Shown piece by piece: positions 12,001 to 21,296 of a stretch of 64,000 nucleotides of DNA; position 1 is the first letter of the stretch, and the number at the start of each line of letters is the position of its first letter. A program made the position numbers and the translations under genes. The stretch lies in assembly GCA_965235115.1 (NCBI GenBank), contig OZ249436.1, positions 47,308,001 through 47,372,000 of the forward strand, written 5' to 3'. This DNA comes from Laetmonice hystrix (lineage: Eukaryota). Under the pieces are notes generated by a model that searched no databases, was not told the DNA's origin, and saw only the letters and a list, made by a program, of their open reading frames with translations.

Positions 12001-14037
12001 TAATCCTGGCACTGGCGTAGACTGTATTTTTCTTTTGAAATGCACGGGCATCAGGGGTAACCCAATTACTTTGACAATGTCCCTAAAGAGAAAAGTTGTA
12101 TAGTCCTCTACAGGAATCGAACCCAGGCCCTAAGATTACTGCACCCATTCGCATAGCATAAGGTGTCGACATCCATGCCCACTAGGCCACCGCCACTCCC
12201 CTAAAAAAAGGAGCTTTGGAGGTCGAGCAGGACAATGGACCCCCCCCCCCCCTACACACATCTTTTTTAAATGAGACGGAATCCATATTTTCCTAGTTAG
12301 AGATACACATGATTTCTACCGAACATTGACTGTTAAGGTAATCCTGGCACTGGCGTAGACTGTATTTTTCTTTTGAAATGCACGGGCATCAGGGGTAACC
12401 CAATTACTTTGACAATGTCCCTAAAGAGAAAAGTTGTATAGTCCTCTACAGGAATCGAACCCAGGCCCTAAGATTACTGCACCCATTCGCATAGCATAAG
12501 GTGTCGACATCCATGCCCACTAGGCCACCGCCACTCCCCTAAAAAAAGGAGCTTTGGTGGTCGAGCAGGACAATGGACCCTCCCCCCCCTACACACATCT
12601 TTTTTAAATGAGACGGAATCCATATTTTCCTAGTTAGAGCTACACATGATTTCTACCGAACATTGACTGTTAAGGTAATCCTGGCACTGGCGTAGACTGT
12701 ATTTTTCTTTTGAAATGCACGGGCATCAGGGGTAACCCAATTACTTTGACAATGTCCCTAAAGAGAAAAGTTGTATAGTCCTCTACAGGAATCGAACCCA
12801 GGCCCTAAGATTACTGCACCCATTCGCATAGCATAAGGTGTCGACATCCATGCCCACTAGGCCACTGCCTCTCCCCTAAAAAAAGGAGCTTTGGTGGTCG
12901 AGCAGGACAATGGACCCTCCCCCCCTACACACATCTTTTTTAAATGAGACGGAATCCATATTTTCCTAGTTAGAGCTACACATGATTTCTACCGAACATT
13001 GACTGTTAAGGTAATCCTGGCACTGGCGTAGTGTTTGCATGGCTACTATAGGCCAGCTAGTAAGATGTAGGGACTTCTCACTCTACTGGTTGGCCTCCCA
13101 CACTGCTTGGCTCCATAGTGTACTGTTTGGCCTCACTGTACTCTTTGGCCTCACTGTAGTGTTCGTTTGGGTGCTAGGCCAGCCAGTATACCTTGTAGCG
13201 ATTCCTCCCCGTCCTGTTTGGCCTCCCTGTACCGTTTGCTTGTATACAAGAGTAGCCAGTAGTATAGGGACGCCTCATGTTTCAGTTTCCATGCCTTTAT
13301 TGTCTAGGAGGCAGGCCATACGTTTCGTCTATCTTCTACTCCCATCTAATCTGTGTCCCCTACAGACCATCTGTAAGCGTCCGACAACGTTGTCAGGTCG
13401 TCCCAATGACTGTTTGCCGTCAAGCTTTAGTTAACAATGGCAAATGACGTTGTACGCCTATTCTATATCAGATACCCCATCCCGAACTAACAAACAAACA
13501 AAGGATGATTACCCAGAGATGTTGCCGGCAGAAAACACCAGGGTGCAGCTGACGGCGCTGACTGCACTGCCGCCTTCCGGCCAGCGGGGGAATCACCACG
13601 TACACCTGGCCGGGCTGGCAGGCACCTGTGGCCCTGAGGCGAGAGACAAGTTAAAGCAATGATAAGCGAAAAATGGCTACATTTTTGATACGTCAAATTG
13701 AAACTACGGCCCCCAAAATTATTATTCTTAGGCCAGATGTATAATTGTCAAGCGTATAGGTCTCGTACGTTCGCTACAGATATATGGTTGTGATGTGTAC
13801 ACTTCCCATGCATTTTCTTCTCCTGATTTTAACATTAGATGCTCCTCGCCTGTACCTTTCATTTCCCGTACCTCACTGTAGTGTTTGCATGGCTACTATA
13901 GGCCAGCTGGTAAGATGTAGGCACTTCTCACTCTACTGGTTGGCCTCCCAAACTGCTTGGCTCCATAGTGTACTGTTTGGCCTCACTGTACTCTTTGGCC
14001 TCACTGTACTGTTCGTTTGGGTGCCAGGCCAGTCAGT
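1..14037. repeat. ~841-bp tandem satellite (about 14-15 units visible; continues beyond window start)
   Basis: The same landmark (ATGACGTTG...) recurs at 199, 1015, 1856, 2697, 3538, 4379, 5222, 6064, 6905, 7722, 8538, 9379, 10220 and 13444. Spacings are 841-843 or 816-817 (25-bp deletion variant). A partial unit restarts at ~10608. Confidence 0.98.
11006..13031 (-). mobile_element. Six tandem copies of a ~338-bp tRNA-related SINE-like element inserted in the satellite
   Basis: Units start at 11011, 11347, 11686, 12026, 12364, 12701; length varies only in a poly-C tract. Minus strand has A box TGGCCTAGTGG, B box GGTTCGATTCC and an A-rich end TTTCAAAAGAAAAA. The satellite sequence CCTCACTGTAGTGTTTG is split by the array. 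Confidence 0.7.
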
Positions 14038-14127
14038 ATGTAAATACATGTCCATAATATTATCCTGATGAACGCCATCGATACGAAAACTAATTGAAGA
14101 GCAAGCGTCCTTGATAAAGGGTGACCC

Positions 14128-14230
14128 AGCAAAATTCAGGCGCTATAGTCACCGGGCAGGCTGCCGCCGTCACGTGTGACGCCTAGGCCAATCAGCAGCC
14201 ATGTATGAACTCGCCGTTTCAGAAATCTAA
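14128..14230 (+). repeat. ~100-bp direct repeat, copy 1 (contains CACGTG and CCAAT)
   Basis: Near-identical to 15878-15978 (CCGGGCAGGCTG...CACGTGTGA...GGCCAATCAGCAGCCATGTATGAACTCGCCGTTTCAGAAATCTAA). Confidence 0.9.
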
Positions 14231-14602
14231 TCTACTTACCAGGTATCGGCCCAGGTACCGGTTTGACAAGTGATGCCGAGGTCAGCCTAATAAAGCATAT
14301 GATGCTTTTAGACAGGAAGTTGTTTCACTGAAAGGCGTCTGTCTTTGACCGAGTCGGTCGTAAGGCACCTCAGCTGAACGACCCCCCCCCCATCCCCAAC
14401 ACCTCATGGCGGCCGGGAATTGATGACATCGTTTCTGAACAAATTCCAGCAAAGCCCGATGATCGTGAATAAAGAAGGTGCATAGAAATACTCCTGATGC
14501 ATGTTAAAACTATAATTACTATATAACTTGCTGGGACAGGTTTAGAGGCATGCAAAGAAAGAGCACGTATTACAGTATGGATATAATATTAGCAAGATCG
14601 AT

Positions 14603-14637
14603 TCTTTTCTGATGTTGTGGGGGTCCTGAGAAGGACC
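14603..14637 (-). terminator. Histone 3' stem-loop plus purine-rich downstream element
   Basis: Minus strand GGTCCT-TCTC-AGGACC (14637-14622), ~30 nt after the H2B stop, then CCCACAA and AGAAAAGA. Matches the replication-dependent histone 3' processing signals. Confidence 0.85.
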
Positions 14638-14666
14638 ATTAGTTTCGTTTCGGAGATTCAGCCTTT

Positions 14667-15490
14667 TTACTTGGAGCTGGTGTACTTGGTGACGGCCTTG
14701 GTGTCTTCACTGACGGCGTGCTTGGCCAGCTCACCGGGGAGAAGCAGACGGACGGCCGTCTGGATTTTCGGGCTGGTGATAGTAGAGCTGCGGTTGTAGT
14801 GGGTCAGACGTGAAGCCTCGGCTCGAAGATGTCGTTCACAAACGAGTGCATGATAGACATGGCCTTGCTGGAGATACCTGTGTCTGGGTGGACCTGCTTC
14901 AACACCTTGTAGATGGAGTAGGATTCCCTCCTCCTCTTCTTGCGCTCCTTGTCGCCCGTGCGGACGGCGTTGGCCTTGTTAGCGGCCTTCTTAGCTCCCC
15001 CTTTTTTTATTTATTTTTTTTTATAAAACCCGAGGTGCGAAAGAAAGCCTATTATAATCCGGGTAACTTTCACGGGTAAAGAAAGGTGGTCTAGTATAAC
15101 CCGAGCCTCCATGGGTCACACCTTAATACTAGGACAATAAATGCAAATAGAGCCTATTTATCCCGGGACTCTACGGGTCATGCGTAACAGCAGAAAATTA
15201 GCAAACTATAAGCCTATTTTAACCCGGGCTTTCGCGCGTAACTTCCATAGAAACCAACGCAAAGACTTTTGAAAACCAAGCTTCCATAAACCTAAACTCT
15301 TAAAACACAAAATCAAAATCAAAATCATGGCCTTGCTGGAGATACCTGTGTCTGGGTGGACCTGCTTCAAAACCTTGTAGATGGAGTAGGATTCCCTCCT
15401 CCTCTTCTTGCGCTTCTTGTCGCCCGTGCGGACGGCGTTGGCCTTGCTAGCGGCCTTCTTAGCTCCCGTCGACGCTGGTTTTGGCGGCAT
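14667..15490 (-). pseudogene. H2B: Histone H2B pseudogene
   Basis: Reads [17 protein letters not shown]...[26 protein letters not shown]...[17 protein letters not shown]...[32 protein letters not shown]. Lesions: IY codons lost (YSIYK for YSIYIYK), a frameshifting deletion at ~14822 (about 10 bp relative to canonical ERIAAE), missense changes, and a 326-bp insertion with 142-bp duplication. Confidence 0.95.
15000..15325. mobile_element. 326-bp insertion of unknown family inside H2B
   Basis: Non-histone sequence between two copies of H2B coding sequence (14858-14999 = 15326-15467). T-rich left end, (AAAATC)3 right end, about five degenerate CCTATT-TAACCCGGG subrepeats. Confidence 0.6.
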
Positions 15491-15531
15491 GATGTCAGTG
15501 TATCGACTAAGGTGCCAGTCGGCGCGTTTTC

Positions 15532-15556
15532 TTTATATGTGGCGTCGTATGCAAAT
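15532..15556 (-). promoter_or_regulatory. H2B promoter: TATA box and octamer
   Basis: TATAAA (minus, 15537-15532) and ATTTGCAT (minus, 15556-15549) just upstream of the ATG at 15490; the octamer is the established H2B promoter element. Confidence 0.8.
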
Positions 15557-15670
15557 TAGCAGCGGGTTCATCCTGAAAGGAGCCATGCATGGTTCATTCG
15601 CGTTCCGTTGGTGGCGCCACCGTCCGGTGCTGCGGTTCGACCCATATTTGAACTCGCTCATTTGATAACG

Positions 15671-15760
15671 TATATAAACGCGCAGAGCACCGGCCTCGTC
15701 ATTGTGCTAGACATTGTGCTAGACAGACATTTTGCTAACACACCCATCCAAACAATCATC
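15671..15760 (+). promoter_or_regulatory. Divergent TATA box and histone-like leader with no coding sequence (probable H2A remnant)
   Basis: TATATAAA at 15671, then a C/A-rich leader ending CAAACAATCATCA with no ATG-TCT-GG start after it. The H2A assignment is inferred from the usual divergent H2A/H2B pairing. Confidence 0.45.
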
Positions 15761-15877
15761 AAGTTGTCCGATGGAGGATTACAAGTGGCGTTCATTAGAG
15801 AAAGACTTAGAACCAAGAGAATAAAAATAGATTATCCCTAATCTTGGGAAAAGGAACCGACGCCGTGCCTGCGAGGA

Positions 15878-15978
15878 AGCAACTTCGGCGCTGCAGTCGC
15901 CGGGCAGGCTGCTGCCGTCACGTGTGATGCCTAGGCCAATCAGCAGCCATGTATGAACTCGCCGTTTCAGAAATCTAA
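15878..15978 (+). repeat. ~100-bp direct repeat, copy 2
   Basis: Matches 14128-14230 with a few substitutions. Confidence 0.9.
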
Positions 15979-16190
15979 GCGACTTGCCATTTACCGGCCC
16001 ATTTGACCATCTTTCCTAAGCCTCCCTTCGTTTCTTTGAAAGCAGTGGAGATGATGAAGTAACAATGAATATGAGGATGTTTTTATCTTCAGCAAAATCG
16101 GTGTAATAGAGGCAGAATCGAGCTATGAAGAAAATCTTCAATCGCGATAATATTCATAAAAGACGTGTTGGTACCAGAGAAAAAAAATCA

Positions 16191-16254
16191 TAAATAAAAA
16201 CCACACAGCACCATATTATAGTCCATAAAACGTTTATTTTCATTTTTTTTTATT
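16191..16254 (-). terminator. Candidate polyadenylation signal of the APBA gene
   Basis: Two AATAAA on the minus strand (16254-16249, 16238-16233) followed by a GT/T-rich element (TGCTGTGTGGTTTTT). Would imply a ~4.4-kb 3' UTR. Confidence 0.4.
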
Positions 16255-18593
16255 GACAAAATGCTTCTTTTTTTCTCTTTCTTCTTAAATTGGGCTAAGA
16301 CACAGACTAGTCACATAGACCTAAGCAGGGTATCAATGGGCCTCACACTGGGCCTGCTGTATGATCCGGACACTGCGGTTACCATGACAACAGGGTAGTG
16401 CGACGCGCAGCGATGCGCAGCTGGCCAATTCTAACGGAAAACGTAACGTCGGTACTCGTCTTCGATACAACTACTCGATACGTACATACTGAACGAGTCA
16501 TCAAATAAATTACAGGTTTTTGTTATAGTTATTATCGTATCACACATGCAATAGTAATATTGGTTGTTTCATATTAACATTGTCATAACCATTGCCATTA
16601 TCACCAATTTCTTACAAAGAAACTGACTGCTGTCATCCATCCAAATAACCGAACTCTACTCGTCACACTCGCTTCGCTTTTCAAGCTTCGGTTGACTACT
16701 TCGGGTATGTTACGACACCGCGCATTTTTTGTACCTTGATGCTACCCCCACCCCTCCCCTTCCCCCCAACATCCCTCCCCTCCGTGTTAAGACTGAAAGG
16801 TTAACCGACCCGTATCTGCGAGAACATGGGCATATAAACAATTCTTATCCCGAAATCATACAGAAATAATAACAACACCCAGCATACCAAGGAAATGTAT
16901 CAAGTTGACCTACATAGAGATGAATCAGCAAACGACTTGTGGGCATAATTAATTATGCACATTTATAGGCAGCAGATTATTTTATTTTACCATGACATAC
17001 AGATTATAAACTACTCGTAAACAGACGTAGAGGCTCTGGTTAGTTGATAGGTCCAGATTAACACTATTGCCGTGGATCACCTCAGTCATTTCTTTCCAAG
17101 AACAATTCAAGCTCCGATCAGTGGGAGATTACTCTCGTAAGTCGATTTGTTACAAGAACCTGGATCAATTCTTTTTCTGTTTCTTTTTCTTTTCTCACAA
17201 TTATTATATTTATACATTTTTGCTCAGACTATTATGTACAGATCGCAAAATTGCAATAGAGCGGTCCCAAAAAAACCTCATGACAATGTTTTTTTCGTTT
17301 AATTTTCCCTAACAGCCCTGTGAAGATATAGAGATTTTAAGTAACCGGCTACTTTACAGGCCTGGCGTCCAAAGATCACCTAATCTTACTTAATTCAGGA
17401 AATGTCTAGTTGATTCTGTAATGTTTAAAACCGTTTGTAGCCACTGAGAATAAACTATTGGAGGAAATCTAAGTTCTCCTCTGACAGAACTTAGAAAACA
17501 TATCTGCAGTATAAGTCAACAGTTGATGGATCTATTTATAAATGTTAGCCATAGGTGGAGGGAGTCATAGTGTTCAGAACGGGAAATTCTAACCTGGAAA
17601 ATTGATCACATTGGTGCTAGTGTAGCTTTGTCCGGCATTGAAAAAAATCACACAAAATATTCAAAAATGAACGATTTCTATCCAGTGCATTTACGGGCCT
17701 AGCATTCCTTCTGCTGTCAATTCCTCCTGCGGCTGTAAACATCGATATTATTATTACAAGCTGAACTATTGCAACCAGTCAAAAGACAATTTGCATAAAC
17801 ACGATTTTCCTTTTCCACTGTTTTTACTTATATCCAAAGTGAGTGGTGACTTTTATAAATTGTTATTCAATTTACACACAATTTGCTATTCGCTTGAACC
17901 AACATTAGCCCAAGGTGTGCCCTACACTTTGAATACTGGATATGTACAGACGTCTGGTAGTGGTTTTAGCATGCCATGATCCCATCCCACATGTGGCCTG
18001 TTAGCTGTTAAAGACTGCTAGATCACAGTCTGTAGTTTGGCTGACTTTACCAGGCATGGACACTGACAAGGCCTTAGTTATATAAGGATATTAATACCTG
18101 GTAATACAAGTCCCCTCTTAAACCTCCCTACACCTCCCCCATACCACTCCCTGGTTATCTTAGATATTCCCAACACAATGCCAACTTTTTGTTATATTCC
18201 TTCCCCACACTTTTATTTTCTCCTAATAATAATTTCTCATTGATCAGTTAAATTCCATGTGCCCTATTTCCCATGAACACTTATATGATATATACATTTC
18301 TTCTTTTTACCGTTCGGAAAGCAAAACTGGCACAAATTTCACGCAACTCTATGAAGCAAACATAAGGCCAACCATGTGTCAGTCTCTGACTATATAAGTG
18401 ATTCCCCTTCAGGAATGTTAGATTTGTACGTATAGCAGATACTAGAGAATGGGACCGACGCCCAGTGCCACACCCAAATACATACGTCATGTCTCACCGA
18501 TGATATAAATCGATATTTTGATGAATACGAGAGTAAGAGGGCACCTGACGCCACTCTTACAACACCTCCATCAAACTGGTGAGGACCAGTAGC

Positions 18594-18795
18594 TCATGGT
18601 AGAGGCGTCACCCATGGTAGAGGCGTCACCCATGGTAGAGGCGTCACCCCATGGTACAGGCGTCACCCCATGGTAGAGGCGTCACCCCATGGTACAGGCG
18701 TCACCCCATGGTAGAGGCGTCACCCCATGGTACAGGCGTCACCCCATGGTACAGGCGTCACCGAGGGACACCGTCATGGTAGAGGCATCACCCAG
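18594..18795. repeat. 19-20-bp minisatellite CATGGTAGAGGCGTCACCC(C)
   Basis: About 9-10 tandem copies. Confidence 0.9.
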
Positions 18796-20607
18796 AGCCT
18801 GACAACATTCACCACGTCTGTCCCAATGTTATTAATATTATTATACCGAATATCACACACATAAATAAACAGCACCTATAATGAAATAAATCAACCGATA
18901 TCTGGGCGAGTTTTTCACCGTATCATAATAATTAACTGCCCCGATGTGGACAACGATGTGTATGCCCCCAGTATCCCGGTCTAGGGATGTACACTGTAGA
19001 TTAAGCTGACATTCAACAGTCCAGGATAAAAGTAGTTAATCAAAGCAGGGTCATGTCTGTAGATGATTTTATCTATGGCCTTGTTATATACAGGCTATGT
19101 TTATAGAAGGTCTCTGTGGTAGGGGTTTTTTTGAAATCGGAACTGTGAGTGGAAAATATGCCTACACCATGCATTTGTGGGAGAGATAATATGTAAAAGT
19201 ATATATGTATTACACGTGTATATGGGGCGTACTACATGCCAGTTGGCCAGGCTATGTGCAGGTTGACGACACGGTCAAACAGCCTCACACGGAGACCTGT
19301 CTCAGTCGTGTTATATTGTCTGTGGAAATACATGAATGTGCCGAATCTTGGCCCATAAAAACTAAGGCTGAAAACGACACAGAAAACAACGAACCCCCGC
19401 CGCTGGTTGTATTATAACCCGTCTAATATTAGAAATAAATCATTATTACAGCAGCTTTCAAAGTGACTTGGAATATTCATTCTCCCATTCACACTCCATT
19501 ACTGATTAACCAGGCAAAATGTTAACTTTTGCCTAGAGTAGTATATGTGCATAATACAACTTAAAACATTTGTTTCTACCTGAGGGCTCCACGTGATATA
19601 AAGCCCCAGAGTGATATACATTGTCACATTCAAGCTTTACATTCGAGGCATGGTTTCCTTGGTCTTATTTAAAAAGGATCTTTAGGACTTAGCTCTAAGT
19701 GATTTTGCCACAGTGCGAATATTCTGCAACTTTCTACAATTTATGAGAGGAATCTCCACCATGGTGGCACAGCGTATCATACGTATTTAGCAAGGCCACC
19801 AGTGTATGATAAATACATTACGTCATTCACCCTATATGAATCACTCATTACGGCACCAATATTAACAGCTGCAGTTCAGCGCCACCTCGCGGGAACACAC
19901 CGAACACAGCGGATCTTGTCAGAAACACTCAATCTGTTTTTTTTCTCCAACTTGTCGTTTTCAGCAAACTTACCTAAATGTATGTTATAACCTTTTCTGC
20001 CACGTCTCCACTTATATTATAGACAGATATATAAATCTTCTGTGTGCTGCAAATCATTTATAACATTCACTTGGCAAATCAATGAAAGTGACTTAAGTCA
20101 GGAAAAGCGCTTGATGACAGAAGGGTTTTTGTTTGTTTCGGTACTGAATCAAGACTCCTGGCTCTATTTCTGGGTACCAATTTTACGGAGACATCGCAGC
20201 ACCACAAAAATTGCACCTTTCTTTCCTAAACCCTTGATCGCTATAGAAAAAGTGTGTCCCTCGGCAGCCATCGTAGCCTGGGGCAGCGTCCCGCTCGCTG
20301 ACTGTCGTCTGCCTCGCTCTCTGTCCTCGTGACGGACTCAGCGGGATGTTACGGAACGTCTCCGCCACCACTTCACGCTGTCCTCGTGACGGACTGAGTG
20401 GGATGTTACGGAACGTCTCCCCCACCAATACACAACGGAGGCGGCAGCGGGAAGCGTTCCGGTGAAGGACCACGTGACTAAGGAGTGGTCTCTTCACCGG
20501 ATAACACTCCCCAATCATCCAGCCACAGTCTGTCCAATCCCACAAGCATCCCTTGATTTACCATGCCTAGGATGGTCATTAAAAGATAAATTGGCTTCCA
20601 ATGAGTG

Positions 20608-20679
20608 CTATATATAGTGTGGCGTTTCTTGTCCAGTCAGCAGCCGGAATATGGATGTGGGCATTGTCTTCATATGAAT
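20608..20679 (-). CDS. APBA: X11/Mint/lin-10 (APBA family) terminal coding exon
   Basis: ctttcag|[23 protein letters not shown]; conserved X11 C-terminal tail. Not in the supplied ORF track. Confidence 0.95.
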   Translation of the reverse strand: MHMKTMPTSIFRLLTGQETPHYI

Positions 20680-21150
20680 CTGAAAGTCAAAAACAGACAA
20701 CTTCAATTCATATCTCACAACTCCTGGAAGTCTTCAATCTTATCTGAATAATTAAAACATGGGAGAAATTACTGCTTGGGGAGGACTCCCCGATCTTATC
20801 TGAATAATTAAAACAGGGGAGAAATTACTGCTTGGGGACGCATCACCGACTGGTCTGTTTAATGTGGTTAACAGGTCAAGATTTGTGACGTGATGTAAGA
20901 TCTATAAACTCTATACTTGTTTACATCTTTTAGTCAAAAACTACTATACGACTAATTCTTTCTCTTAGCATCATTTGGTCATAAACTAATGAATGCCTTA
21001 ATCAGTTCTTGATCAGGAACAGTAAATGTTCTACCAGAGTCATACATATTGTCGCGAAGACACATAAGTTTAAAATTATTTATTAATTCCTGAATCGAAC
21101 AACTTCTACTTCTTCATCTTGAGTTGGAAGCAAAATGTAACCTGGCGTAC

Positions 21151-21291
21151 CTCTCCTACAGAAGTTGCTAACATGTTGACGATCTTTTCGTGCGGTACAG
21201 CCACCACACTTTGTCCGTTGATCTCGATAATCCGATGACCAACGCGAACTCCGCCTCGCTCGGCGATTCCTCCTCGTAGTAAACTGCAAAT
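21151..21291 (-). CDS. APBA: X11/Mint/lin-10 exon, PDZ2
   Basis: gttgcag|[47 protein letters not shown]|gtacgc; 141 nt, phase 0. Confidence 0.97.
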
Positions 21292-21296
21292 CTGCA

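Noticed and set aside
199..14068. Repeated 60-131 aa ORFs in the satellite (MTLNAYS..., MATIGQL...)
   Set aside because: No recognisable protein similarity, and frames are broken by indels among monomers; they recur only because the DNA repeats.
14065..14098. Hammerhead-like CTGATGA...GAAA at the satellite end
   Set aside because: Stem II and stem III cannot pair.
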